Source: an uncultured archaeon (GTDB taxonomy: Archaea; Iainarchaeota; Iainarchaeia; Iainarchaeales; 1-14-0-10-31-34). From it: 64,000 bases of DNA. The first letter of the stretch is position 1. Each line of letters opens with the position of its first letter. Shown here in pieces: positions 1 to 10,086 of the stretch. The stretch covers positions 64,001 through 128,000 of the forward strand of contig CAZSOZ010000001.1 in NCBI GenBank assembly GCA_964608675.1, given 5' to 3'. The notes under the pieces are model-generated. The model worked only from the letters and a program-made list of their open reading frames with translations, made no database searches and had not been told where the DNA came from. A program made the position numbers and the translations under genes.

Positions 1-833
1 ATTGGAATGCTTGTTACGTCTCCTGCTGCAAACAAGCCGGAAACACTGGATTCATTTTTGTCATTGATTTTGATTTCATTGAATTCAGTTTTTTTAACTG
101 AATCAACAAAATCAGAATTAGGGATTTCTCCTATGTTAATAAATGCTGCAGAAACATTAATTATTTTTTCTTTGCCTGATTTTTTTTCTTTGAATTTAAT
201 TTGTTCAACAGAATTCTTTCCTGAAATTTCCTGCACTTGGGTTTCAGTTAAAACTTCAATATTTTTTCTTTTTTTGACTTCTTCTATTGTGATTTTTTCT
301 CCGTTTAATGAATCAGATGATTCAAAAACATAAACTTTACTGCAAATATTGCTTAAATAAAGTGCTTCTTCTGTTCCTGAATATCCTCCGCCGATTACAG
401 CAGTTTCTTTTTCTTTATATAAAGGGCCGTCGCATACCGCACAATAATGAATTCCTTTATGTTCTAATTCTTTTGCGCCTTTTACTTCAAGTTTTCTGGG
501 TCTTTTTCCTGTTGCAACTATAACGGTTTTTGCATGAAATTCTTTTTGGTTTGTTTTGACACTAAAAATTTTTTCCTGCTTTTTTAATGAAATAACTTTT
601 TCTCCTTCAATTACTTCAATTTCTTTATAAGAAAGCAGATGCTCTCTGAATTTCATTGCCAAATCAAAGCTTGGAATGCTTTTAAAGCCAAGAAAATTTT
701 CCACTTTTTCTGTAAGCAGAAGCTGTCCGCCAAAATTTTCTGTAATCAAAGTTATATTTAAACCGGCTCTTGCAGCATAAATTCCTGCTGTTGCTCCTGC
801 AGCAGACCCTCCTATAATAATTAAGTCTTTCAT
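1..833 (-). CDS. trxB: Thioredoxin-disulfide reductase (partial, runs off the left edge; not in ORF track)
   Basis: Manual translation from ATG at 833: MKDLIIIGGSAAGATAGIYAARAGL (FAD-binding start), redox motif HYCAVCDGP near 430-450, IGGGYSG NADPH motif; GGTG SD upstream. Confidence 0.92.
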   Translation of the reverse strand, partial: MKDLIIIGGSAAGATAGIYAARAGLNITLITENFGGQLLLTEKVENFLGFKSIPSFDLAMKFREHLLSYKEIEVIEGEKVISLKKQEKIFSVKTNQKEFHAKTVIVATGKRPRKLEVKGAKELEHKGIHYCAVCDGPLYKEKETAVIGGGYSGTEEALYLSNICSKVYVFESSDSLNGEKITIEEVKKRKNIEVLTETQVQEISGKNSVEQIKFKEKKSGKEKIINVSAAFINIGEIPNSDFVDSVKKTEFNEIKINDKNESSVSGLFAAGDVTSIP

Positions 834-881
834 TTAAACACCAGATACAATAAAACTTAAAGAAAATATTTTAAAATAAAC

Positions 882-1568
882 TCAAAACTTAAATGTTTCC
901 CCTGGCTGCAATAAAATCGGTTTGGTTGTTAAAACACTTTTCTCTATTTTTTTTTTGAATTCATTTACATCGCATTTAATCATGTTAAAAGTATTGTAAT
1001 GCATTGGAATAACATATTTGGGTTTCATTAATTTTGTTGCTTTAACACAGTCAACACAATCCATAGTATAAGTTCCTCCTATTGGAAGCAAAGCAACATC
1101 TGTTTGAATCCTTGAAAAATCATCAATCAAAGAAGTGTCTCCGGAAAAATAAAGTTTTTTTCCTTTGGATGAAACAATAAACCCTACAGGATAAAACGAT
1201 TCCGGATGATGAGCAGTAACGCATTCAATTTCTACGCTTCTTAAATTAATTTTCTGATTTAAATTTAAAGAACATAAAAAACGTCTTTCAATATCAAGTT
1301 CATTCAAAAGACTGTCATGCGCAACAACACAAGCCTGATTTTGTTTTACTAAAGATTTAATTGCTTTCTTGTCAAAATGATCAAAGTGTTCATGAGAAAC
1401 AAGAATTATGTCAATATCTTTTAAATCAGATTTTTTTGCTGTGCATTTATTGAGTCTCTTAAAAGCAGGGTCTGTACAGGAATTATTTATAAATGGATCA
1501 AATAAAACTTTTGTGCCGTTAAAATCAGCTTTAAAAAAAGAATGGCCAAAAAAAGTCAGTTCCACCAT
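882..1568 (-). CDS. Metallo-beta-lactamase-fold metal-dependent hydrolase (UPF0173/UlaG-like)
   Basis: FFGHS, FDPF, SHEHFDH metal motif, YFSGDT, LPIGGTYTM, IPMHYNTF. Confidence 0.9.
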   Translation of the reverse strand: MVELTFFGHSFFKADFNGTKVLFDPFINNSCTDPAFKRLNKCTAKKSDLKDIDIILVSHEHFDHFDKKAIKSLVKQNQACVVAHDSLLNELDIERRFLCSLNLNQKINLRSVEIECVTAHHPESFYPVGFIVSSKGKKLYFSGDTSLIDDFSRIQTDVALLPIGGTYTMDCVDCVKATKLMKPKYVIPMHYNTFNMIKCDVNEFKKKIEKSVLTTKPILLQPGETFKF

Positions 1569-1677
1569 ACAAACCGAATACAATAGGTAATTGTTGAATA
1601 TAAAGTTTTACTATAAAAAAAACAAAAAAGGCAGGAAAACCAATAAATATTCTTTCTAACAATAAAATAATGAGAAA

Positions 1678-2973
1678 ATGAAAAAAATATTTTTAGTTAT
1701 TGTATTAATTTTTTTGCTTTCAAATGCTTTTTCTGCAGGAATACAAAAAAATTCAATTAACATAATTGTAGACAAAGAAGGAACTTCATTAATTGAAGAA
1801 AACTATTATGTTTCATTTGAAGAAAAAGAACTTGAGTTATTCAAGGAAAGCATTTCAAACGGATTAAATCAGGAAATCCTGCAGTCATTCAGTTTGGAGA
1901 TAGAGCCAAAGCTTGAAAACACTCAGGCAATAATTTCGTTTGAAGAACCTGGAGAAAACAAAATCATTAAATTGAATTATTTTTCAAACGGATTGTTTTC
2001 AGTTAAAAACAAAATTACTTTCAATGAAGTTTCATTAAATACAGCAAAATTTTCTTTTTTGTTTTCAGGACAAAAAGCTGTTTTTCCTGAAAATTTTTCA
2101 TTAAGGTTTGTTCTTCCACGAGAAGCAAAAAATATTTCTGTTTCTCCGGAAACAAATATTTTGTCAAATACCCTTGAATGGAAAGGACTGTTAATAACTG
2201 AAACCCTTGAACTTTCATACGAAATTCCAAAAGAACCCGAACAAATAAAAATAAGAAAAATAAACATTAAAATAAATGTAAATGAAAACGGTTTTGCTGA
2301 AATTTCAGAAAAATATTTTTTTGATTTCAGAAACAACGAAGAACTGGAATATTTTGTAGAAACAGCAAAAAAAAATGGTTCAAGTTTATTGAGCTGGAAT
2401 GCTTTTGACAAAAGAATTTTTCCTCATATAGGGGTTGATGAATTTGATACAAAAAATGCAACAGTTGAATTCATCGAAAAAGGATTGACTGACAGCTACT
2501 TAAATATTTCTTATGAAAATAAAAGCCCCTTATTTATTGAAGAAAAAGAAAGAAGCGGAAGATTTGTTGAATGGAAATTTAATTCAAAAAAATTAAACAG
2601 CCTTATTTCAAGAGGAGTAATAATTCTTCCGGAAAACATGTCAATAGAAATTATTCTGCCTTCAAATGCAGAAATAAAAGAAAGCAGTATTGAAACACAA
2701 AACGGAAAAATTGTCTGGGAAGGCTACAAAACAATAAGTCAAATAAAAATTGTTTATATAATGAAAGAAAATATTGCGCCTGCATTCAATTTATCTTTAA
2801 TGATTCAAAACCTTCTTTCAAACAAAGAAAGTATTGCTTTTTTAATTGCTGTTATTGCAGTTATTGGAATACTTCTTTCAATAAAAAAGAAAAGCATAAC
2901 AGCAAAAATAGATGAATTCATTATAAATAATTCTAAAATAGAAGAAAGAGAAGAAATAGATTTAGACAACTAA
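1678..2973 (+). CDS. Secreted, C-terminally membrane-anchored protein with two tandem homologous beta-rich domains
   Basis: N-terminal signal peptide, C-terminal TM helix plus basic residues, visible internal duplication. Confidence 0.7.
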   Translation: MKKIFLVIVLIFLLSNAFSAGIQKNSINIIVDKEGTSLIEENYYVSFEEKELELFKESISNGLNQEILQSFSLEIEPKLENTQAIISFEEPGENKIIKLNYFSNGLFSVKNKITFNEVSLNTAKFSFLFSGQKAVFPENFSLRFVLPREAKNISVSPETNILSNTLEWKGLLITETLELSYEIPKEPEQIKIRKINIKINVNENGFAEISEKYFFDFRNNEELEYFVETAKKNGSSLLSWNAFDKRIFPHIGVDEFDTKNATVEFIEKGLTDSYLNISYENKSPLFIEEKERSGRFVEWKFNSKKLNSLISRGVIILPENMSIEIILPSNAEIKESSIETQNGKIVWEGYKTISQIKIVYIMKENIAPAFNLSLMIQNLLSNKESIAFLIAVIAVIGILLSIKKKSITAKIDEFIINNSKIEEREEIDLDN

Positions 2974-4388
2974 GAAAAATAATGCCCTAAAGAAGACTGT
3001 CTGCCAGTATTTTCTTTTTTTTCTTCATTTTCTGCTTTTGGGTTGGTTTCAGTTGTTTCTTCAATCTGATTTGCAAAAGCTTCTGTTATTGCACTTAAAG
3101 GTTTTCTTCCTGAAAACAAGGCTTTCTTTTTTTGTTCTGCTTTGTCCATCAAAAACTTGACTTTCTTTGTTTCAGGTTTTGTATTTAACAAAAAAGCCAG
3201 TTCTTTTTCATTCAAACCAAATCTTGCAGTAAAATCTACTGCAAAATCTTTATCATAAAAAATTTGTTTAATGAAAGGAATATCTGATGAAAGTATTTCT
3301 TTAGAAGAAGAATGAATGTATTCTGAAAGCTTTAATCCAAGCGCTTTTTTTAGGTCTCTTTCTCCTTTGTTTGAAGATAATCTTCTTAAAACCTTGGGAA
3401 ACTGATACATTACAAAATTTTTGTTTGGTTCTTCTTTGGATAAACTTACTCCAACAGACATTAATTCAGAGCTGTAGCGAAGAAAACTGTAATTCTGTTT
3501 TTTTCTTATTCTTCCGTTAAATATATCTGCTTTGCTTAATTTTGTAAATGCGTTTTCTATTTCAACAGAAGAAACAAACTGTCTTGGAATGTTTTCTTCA
3601 ATCCATTTCATTAAAAGATTTGAGTCAACATCAGATGAAAATCTTGCATTTCTTGCTTCTCTAAAGGAATCAGCAGTAAAAATTTTTCTTAAAACCTTGA
3701 ATACGTCTTCCTGCTTTTCTCTGTATCCAAGAGATTCAACATCTTTAACATTAATTTTTTGTTTTAAAGACAATGTTTGAAGGTCAAGCAGAACGCTTCT
3801 CATGTCTCCTGCTGAAGTTTTTGCCAGCAAATTAATTGCATCGTCTTCGAATTCAATTTTTTCTTCCGCGCATATTTCTTTGAGTCTTTTTGCCATGCTT
3901 AAATAATTTATTTTTTTGAACTGCATTAACTGACAGGAAGCCCTAAAAGGCAAAAGTTTTTTGTTTGAATAAATATCATTTGCTGTAAGAATAACAGGAT
4001 TTTGTGTTTCCTTTAAAATTTTGTTTATTGCTGAAACTGCGCCTCTGTCAACTGCACTTAAACCGTCAATTTCATCCAATAAAATCAGTCTTTTTTCTCC
4101 TGAAAAAGAAGAATTCATTGCTGCTGCTCCTGCAATCCTTTCAATTATTTCTTTGCTTCTGAAATCGCTTGCATTTAATTCAAATAAACCCCATGAATTA
4201 ATTTTGGCAATCAATAAAGCCAAAGATGTTTTTCCTCCTCCTGTTTGACCAAAAAAAAGCAGTGGTTTTTGAGGCTTGTTTTGATTCCACTGCGTACTCC
4301 ATAAAAGAGCTTTCTGAACTAAATCTGTGTTGCCGACAAACTCTTCAAGATTTGAAGGAAAATATTTTTCTGTCCATAATTCAGCCAT
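2970..4388 (-). CDS. rfcL: Replication factor C large subunit
   Basis: WTEKY.P, Walker A GQTGGGKT, ELNASDFR, LLDEIDG, GDMRS; C-terminal PIP-like QSSLGHYF. Confidence 0.95.
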   Translation of the reverse strand: MAELWTEKYFPSNLEEFVGNTDLVQKALLWSTQWNQNKPQKPLLFFGQTGGGKTSLALLIAKINSWGLFELNASDFRSKEIIERIAGAAAMNSSFSGEKRLILLDEIDGLSAVDRGAVSAINKILKETQNPVILTANDIYSNKKLLPFRASCQLMQFKKINYLSMAKRLKEICAEEKIEFEDDAINLLAKTSAGDMRSVLLDLQTLSLKQKINVKDVESLGYREKQEDVFKVLRKIFTADSFREARNARFSSDVDSNLLMKWIEENIPRQFVSSVEIENAFTKLSKADIFNGRIRKKQNYSFLRYSSELMSVGVSLSKEEPNKNFVMYQFPKVLRRLSSNKGERDLKKALGLKLSEYIHSSSKEILSSDIPFIKQIFYDKDFAVDFTARFGLNEKELAFLLNTKPETKKVKFLMDKAEQKKKALFSGRKPLSAITEAFANQIEETTETNPKAENEEKKENTGRQSSLGHYFS

Positions 4389-4439
4389 AATCTTCAATAT
4401 AATTAAAGAAGTTAATGCATAAAAATTAATTGATTAAAA

Positions 4440-5633
4440 ATGCAGATAGGTGTTGTAGGAAAACCAAACGTAGGAAAAAGCACTTTTTTTTCTGCTGCAA
4501 CTTTAATTGACGTAGAAATGCAGAATTTTCCTTTTACCACAATAGAACCAAATAAAGGAATTGGATTTGTAAGAGTTGAATGCGCAGAAAAATTTTTTGG
4601 AGTAAAATGCAATCCAAGAACAGGAAGCTGTATTAAAGGAACAAGATTTGTTCCAGTTGAATTAATTGATGTTGCAGGACTTGTTCCTGGAGCCTCAAAA
4701 GGAAAAGGTCTTGGAAACAAATTTTTGGATGACTTAAGAAAAGCTGATGCATTAATTCATGTAATTGATTTAAGCGGAAGCACAAACGAAAAAGGAGAAA
4801 CAATAGGAAAAGGAAATTATGATCCAGCAGAAGACATTCTTTTTTTGGAAAAAGAAATTGATTCATGGTTTCTTGGAATAATCAAAAAAAACTGGGAAAA
4901 ATTTGCAAAAATTCCAATAAAAGAAAAAAACAAGAAATTGAATGTAATGGCCCAAAATTTAAGCGGAATAGGAGCAAATGCACTTCAAATAGATAAAGCA
5001 GTATCAAAACTCAAGTTATGGGAAAAAAATTTTATTGAATGGACTGAAAAAGATTTTGTGGATTTCGCTGAAGCAGTAAGAAAAGAAAGCAAACCAATAA
5101 TTATTGCAGCAAACAAAGCAGACATTTCAGAAAAAAAAACCCTGAAAAAACTGCAAGAAAAGTTTCCTGAAAAAATTATTGTCCCCTGTTCAGCTATATC
5201 AGAATTAACTTTAAGAAAAGCAGGAAAAGAAAAAAGCATTGAATACCTTCCAGGAGAAAAAGAATTCAAAAAATTAAAGAAATTAAACAAAAATCAAGAA
5301 AAAGGATTGAAATATATTAAAGAAAATGTTTTAGAAAGATTTGAAGGAACAGGGATCCAAAAAATACTTGACAAAACTGTATTTGGCCTGCTTGAATACA
5401 TTGCAGTTTTTCCCGGAGGAATAAAAAATCTTGCAGACGAACACGGAAACATTCTGCCGGACTGTTTTTTAATGCCAGCAAATTCAACTGTACTGGATTT
5501 TGCATTCAAACTGCACACAGATATAGGAGAAGGCTTTATTCGTGCAATAGACGTTAAAACAAAACAAATGGTAGGAAAAGAACACTCATTAAAAAACAAG
5601 GACGTAATAGAAATAATTTTCAGCAAAAAATGA
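4440..5633 (+). CDS. ychF: Obg-family ATPase/GTPase YchF (archaeal)
   Basis: GKPNVGKST, FPFTTIEPN, DVAGLVPGA, NKAD, C-terminal TGS domain. Confidence 0.93.
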   Translation: MQIGVVGKPNVGKSTFFSAATLIDVEMQNFPFTTIEPNKGIGFVRVECAEKFFGVKCNPRTGSCIKGTRFVPVELIDVAGLVPGASKGKGLGNKFLDDLRKADALIHVIDLSGSTNEKGETIGKGNYDPAEDILFLEKEIDSWFLGIIKKNWEKFAKIPIKEKNKKLNVMAQNLSGIGANALQIDKAVSKLKLWEKNFIEWTEKDFVDFAEAVRKESKPIIIAANKADISEKKTLKKLQEKFPEKIIVPCSAISELTLRKAGKEKSIEYLPGEKEFKKLKKLNKNQEKGLKYIKENVLERFEGTGIQKILDKTVFGLLEYIAVFPGGIKNLADEHGNILPDCFLMPANSTVLDFAFKLHTDIGEGFIRAIDVKTKQMVGKEHSLKNKDVIEIIFSKK

Positions 5634-5666
5634 AAAGATTTAAATAAAAAACAAGCATATATTAAA

Positions 5667-5921
5667 ATGATTAAAATGGATAAAACAAAAAAACAGGATA
5701 TTGCAAAAATACTTGCAAAAGCAGTGCTAAAAGAAAGACAAAAAGGAAGATCTCTTTCAGAAAAAGAAATTGATAAAATAATGAAAGAAAAATATTCTGA
5801 AATACTTAGAACTGCCCTTAAAAAAACAAAAAGGTTATCCTCTGAAGAAAGAAAAAAACATGAATTAGAACTCAAAAAAAAGAAAAAAAAGCACACTAGA
5901 AGAAGAATGCCCGTGCATTAA
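5667..5921 (+). CDS. Small basic hypothetical protein
   Basis: 84-aa Lys-rich ORF filling the gap between ychF and the convergent PIN gene. Confidence 0.55.
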   Translation: MIKMDKTKKQDIAKILAKAVLKERQKGRSLSEKEIDKIMKEKYSEILRTALKKTKRLSSEERKKHELELKKKKKKHTRRRMPVH

Positions 5922-5922
5922 T

Positions 5923-6294
5923 TTACTGTATTTTGTTTCTAAACACTGAATCAAAATCTAAATTTAATTTTAAGCACACTTTCTGCATAGAATAATCATC
6001 AGTAAGCAAAGGAAATTTTAAGTCAAATGCAAGAGATAAAATTGAAATATCCGCCATAGAAAGCTTATACATAATACTTAATTCTTTTGCTGTTTTTTTG
6101 ATTAATTTAATTGATTCCTTTTTGGGTTCCCTGATTTTTATTTTACCCTGCTTTAAACCTGATTCAACCAACTGCTTTGAACGCAAATCAATTATTTCAT
6201 CAAGGACTTCATTAGTAGTAAAATAAATGTTTTCATCAAAAGAAAAATTAAAATTATTGAGAATTACAGCAGAATCCATCACATAATTAACCAT
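5923..6294 (-). CDS. nob1: Nob1-like PIN-domain endoribonuclease (no Zn ribbon)
   Basis: YVMDSA, TTNEVLDEI, LSMADISILSLA, LLTDDYSMQ match Nob1 PIN motifs. Confidence 0.8.
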   Translation of the reverse strand: MVNYVMDSAVILNNFNFSFDENIYFTTNEVLDEIIDLRSKQLVESGLKQGKIKIREPKKESIKLIKKTAKELSIMYKLSMADISILSLAFDLKFPLLTDDYSMQKVCLKLNLDFDSVFRNKIQ

Positions 6295-6366
6295 AAAAAC
6301 AAAAAAGAAAGAAAACAAATAAAAACCTTATTATATAAATTTATATAATTATTTTTGTGGTTTTTT

Positions 6367-8115
6367 ATGGCAAAAAAAAGGCATTCTCCAAGACTGGACA
6401 CTATTGCAATGGTTGAAAACACCATTAAAAAATCAAAAGAAAAATTAAGCAAAACTGAATTATGGAAAAAACTTCCAAAACAAATGATGTACCAGACTTT
6501 TTCAACAGCAATAGACTATTTAATTGAATTAAACAAAATAAAGCTTAATAAAGAAGGCAAAATTGAATTAATTCAATCAGAAAAAGAAATAAAAGAAAAA
6601 GAACCTGAAAAAACTGAAAAAAAAGAAAACACTTTCATTAAAATTCCAAAAAAAGCAGTTGACGAAAAAACAAGAAAAACAATTGAAGAATTAAGTGAAA
6701 TAGAAAGAAAAGCATTAAAGGCTTTAACTGAAAAAAAAGAAATTAATGCAGAAGAACTCGCAGAAAAAGCAAAAATTGATTTGGATTCAGCAAGAAGAGC
6801 AATTCAATGGCTGAATGAAAAAGAACTGGGAAAAGCAAGAATAGAAAAAAATGTTTTTGTTTCTTTAGGAGAAGAAGGATTAAAAGCATTAAAAGAAGGT
6901 CTTCCTGAAAAAAATTTTTTAAAAGAATTGGCAAAAGGTGGGAAAAAAATTTCAGAAATAAAAAGCACTCCAAAACAAGAAATAAATATTGCAATAGGAA
7001 ACGCAAAAAAAAAGGATTTAATTGAATTAAAAAAAGAAGAAGAACTAAAAATCAGAATAACACAAAAAGGAAAAGAATTTCTTAGCAAAAAAACAGAAGA
7101 AGAATTAATGCTGGAAAAAATAAATTCAAAAGAAATAAACGAAAAAGAATTTAATGAAAAAGAAAAACAAGTTTTAAAATTTCTTGGCTCAAGAAAAAAT
7201 TTTTTAAAACATAAAGAAAAAGGAAATGAATTCATTAAAATAACAGAAAAAGGAATTAATGCAATTCCTTTGATTGAAAAAGAAAGAAAATACAATTTAA
7301 TGGAACCAGTGGAAAAAATTTATCCAGGAAAAAAACAACCATACTATAAATTTGTTGATGAAATAAAACAAAAGCTTGCCGGACTAGGATTCAAAGAAAT
7401 GGAAAACCCCTTAATAGTGCAGGAATTCTACAACTTTGATGTATTATTTCAGCCACAAAACCATTCCGCGAGAACCTGGACTGACACATACAAATTAGAA
7501 AAACCAAAATACGGAAATCTTCCTGAAAAAAAAATTGTTGAAGCAGTTAAATCAGCACACGAAAACGGAGGAAACACAAAAAGCAGGGGATGGAAATATA
7601 AATGGAATGAAAAAATTGCATCTCAATTAATGCCTTCAGCACACGGAACAGCACATTCAGCAAGACAGCTTGTTAAAGGAATTGAAATTCCTGGAAAATA
7701 CTTTACTTTAGCAAGATGCTTCAGGCCTGATGTAGTTGATGCAACTCATTTAATTGAATTCAATCAAATGGAAGGTTTTGTTGCAGGAAAAAACTTTACT
7801 TTCAAAAAATTGCTTGGACTGCTGAAAGAATTTGCAGTCGAAATTGCAGGCGCAGACAAAGTAAAATTCCTGCCGGATTACTATCCTTTCACTGAACCAA
7901 GCGTTCAATTAAATGCACTGCACCCAAAACTAGGGTGGGTTGAATTTGGAGGAGCAGGAATATTCAGAGCAGAAATAACAGAAAATTTAGGAATAAAAGA
8001 AAAATGCCTTGCATGGGGATTAGGACTGGACAGACTGGCAATGTTCAAATTAAAACTCAACGATATAAGAGAATTATTTTCACAAGACCTGAATTGGTTA
8101 AGGAAGGGAATCTAA
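6367..8115 (+). CDS. pheS: Phenylalanine-tRNA ligase alpha subunit with extra N-terminal wHTH domain
   Basis: NFDVLFQPQNHSAR, RCFRPDVVDATHLIEFNQMEG, YYPFTEPS, WGLGLDRLAM. Confidence 0.96.
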   Translation: MAKKRHSPRLDTIAMVENTIKKSKEKLSKTELWKKLPKQMMYQTFSTAIDYLIELNKIKLNKEGKIELIQSEKEIKEKEPEKTEKKENTFIKIPKKAVDEKTRKTIEELSEIERKALKALTEKKEINAEELAEKAKIDLDSARRAIQWLNEKELGKARIEKNVFVSLGEEGLKALKEGLPEKNFLKELAKGGKKISEIKSTPKQEINIAIGNAKKKDLIELKKEEELKIRITQKGKEFLSKKTEEELMLEKINSKEINEKEFNEKEKQVLKFLGSRKNFLKHKEKGNEFIKITEKGINAIPLIEKERKYNLMEPVEKIYPGKKQPYYKFVDEIKQKLAGLGFKEMENPLIVQEFYNFDVLFQPQNHSARTWTDTYKLEKPKYGNLPEKKIVEAVKSAHENGGNTKSRGWKYKWNEKIASQLMPSAHGTAHSARQLVKGIEIPGKYFTLARCFRPDVVDATHLIEFNQMEGFVAGKNFTFKKLLGLLKEFAVEIAGADKVKFLPDYYPFTEPSVQLNALHPKLGWVEFGGAGIFRAEITENLGIKEKCLAWGLGLDRLAMFKLKLNDIRELFSQDLNWLRKGI

Positions 8116-9756
8116 ATGCCTGCAATTGAATGCTCAAAAAAAGACTTGGAAAAATTAATTGGAAAAAAGTTTTCCAAAAAAGAACTTGAAGAAGCATTAT
8201 TATGCGTTAAAGGAGAACTTGACGCAATAGAAGAAGACAAACTTAAAATTGACATAAAAGAAACCAACAGGCCTGATTTATGGTCAGCAGAAGGAATCGC
8301 AAGAGAAATAAAAGGCTATACAGAAAAAGAAAAAGGAATTCCTGAATACAGGATTTTAAAAGGAAAAAGAAAAGCAGTCATAGACAAGTCATTAAAAAAA
8401 ATAAGGCCTAAAGCAGCTTACGCAGAAATAAGAAACGCAGAAATAAATGAAGAAGTTTTATTTCAATTAATTCAATTACAGGAAAAAATCTGCCAGGGAT
8501 ACGGAAAAAAAAGAGAGCAAATTGCAATAGGGTTATTTGACTTAGATAAAATAAAAGGAAATATAAACTATTTTGCTTCAGACCCTTCAACAGAATTTAT
8601 TCCTTTAGGGTTTAATGAAAAAATGAATTTAAGGGAAATTTTAGTTAAACACCCTAAAGGAAAAGAATACGGCAAACTCATTGAAAAATTCCAAAAATTT
8701 CCTTTGCTTACAGATGAAAAAAACTCGGTTTTATCGATGCCTCCAATAATTAATTCTGAAGACTCCGGAAAAATTACAACAGAAACAAAAAATTTGTTTG
8801 TTGATGTAACAGGATTTGATCAGGAAAAAGTTAATCTTGCATTAAAAATAATGTGCATGGCTTTAGCAGACAGAAAAGGAAAAATTTATTCAGTTGAATT
8901 AAATTACAGGGAAAAAAAAATGGTTTCCCCTGAATTCAAAAAAGAAAAAATTTCCTTTAATGTGAATGAAGTCAATGAACTCCTTGGAAGCAGTTTTACA
9001 AAAAAAGAAATACTTAAACTGCTTGAAAAAAGAAGAATGAAAGGAAAAATCAAAGGAAAAAAAATTGAAGTAATTTTTTCAGACTGCAGAAAAGACTTAA
9101 TTCATCCATGGGACATAATAGAAGAAATTGCAATAGCATTTGATTACAATAAATTTGAACCAGAAAAAATCAAAGTATTCACTTTAGGAGAAACAAAAAA
9201 AGAAGGGAAAAAAATAAATGAAACAAGAGAATTATGCATTGGCTTTGGACTTCAGGAAATTGCATCAACTCATTTAACTTCAAAAGAAATCCAGAAAGAA
9301 AAAATGAATTTAAAAGAAGAAGAATTCATCAAAATAAGCAATCCTGTTTCCTTAAACTGGGAAATATTCAGAAAAAGGCTTCTTCCTGAATCCCTTTTGT
9401 TTTTAAGCAGAAACAAAAACGTCAGTTATCCCCAGAAAATTTTTGAAGCAGGGAGAATAATTGAATTAAATGAAGAAAACGAAACCAAAGTAAAAGAAAA
9501 ATGGAAGTTATGCATCTGCATTTCTCATTCAAAAACAAACTTCAATGAAGTTAAATCCATACTTGAATCAATTGCAAGGGAAATGAAAACAGAATACAAA
9601 TTAAAAGAAGAAAAAATCCCTTTTTTGGCTGAAGGAAAAAGCGCTTTAATTGAATTTAATGAAGAAAAAAAAGGGTTTATAGGAGAAGTAAGCCAAAATG
9701 TTCTGGAAAATTTTGGCTTGGAAACAAAGGTTTCAGTAATTGAAATCGAATTATAA
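8116..9756 (+). CDS. pheT: Phenylalanine-tRNA ligase beta subunit (archaeal type)
   Basis: NRPDLWSAEGIAR, LSMPPIINS, DIIEEIAIA; directly follows pheS. Confidence 0.95.
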   Translation: MPAIECSKKDLEKLIGKKFSKKELEEALLCVKGELDAIEEDKLKIDIKETNRPDLWSAEGIAREIKGYTEKEKGIPEYRILKGKRKAVIDKSLKKIRPKAAYAEIRNAEINEEVLFQLIQLQEKICQGYGKKREQIAIGLFDLDKIKGNINYFASDPSTEFIPLGFNEKMNLREILVKHPKGKEYGKLIEKFQKFPLLTDEKNSVLSMPPIINSEDSGKITTETKNLFVDVTGFDQEKVNLALKIMCMALADRKGKIYSVELNYREKKMVSPEFKKEKISFNVNEVNELLGSSFTKKEILKLLEKRRMKGKIKGKKIEVIFSDCRKDLIHPWDIIEEIAIAFDYNKFEPEKIKVFTLGETKKEGKKINETRELCIGFGLQEIASTHLTSKEIQKEKMNLKEEEFIKISNPVSLNWEIFRKRLLPESLLFLSRNKNVSYPQKIFEAGRIIELNEENETKVKEKWKLCICISHSKTNFNEVKSILESIAREMKTEYKLKEEKIPFLAEGKSALIEFNEEKKGFIGEVSQNVLENFGLETKVSVIEIEL

Positions 9757-10050
9757 ACCTGCTTCCGGATTAGGAAACAAATCCTCTTTATTTTCTTTTG
9801 CCAGTTCTGCCTCCTCACTTAAAACCTTGTCTTCAATTAACTTCATTTCCTTGTCTTTTCTTTTAAGTCTTGCAAGAGAATAAAAGTAAGCATTAATTAT
9901 TGCATCCAAATCCAAAGTTCTTTTGAAACCAAGCCTTGCAACTTCCTCAAAATACAATTTAACCATTCTGAAAGCCATTTCTTCATCAGGAAGAGTAAAA
10001 GAATCTCTTCTTGTTTTTGAAGATTTTCTCGCAGTCTTTTTTTTAACCAT
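9751..10050 (-). CDS. Small helical hypothetical protein downstream of cdc6
   Basis: 99-aa ORF preceded by AGGTGA SD. Confidence 0.7.
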   Translation of the reverse strand: MVKKKTARKSSKTRRDSFTLPDEEMAFRMVKLYFEEVARLGFKRTLDLDAIINAYFYSLARLKRKDKEMKLIEDKVLSEEAELAKENKEDLFPNPEAGL

Positions 10051-10086
10051 TAAATCACCTTAAATAAAAATAGGCAGTGGAAATAT

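Noticed and set aside
7-523. Plus-strand ORFs 7..333 and 308..523
   Set aside because: Antisense shadows of the trxB gene on the minus strand, which the track missed because it runs off the window edge.
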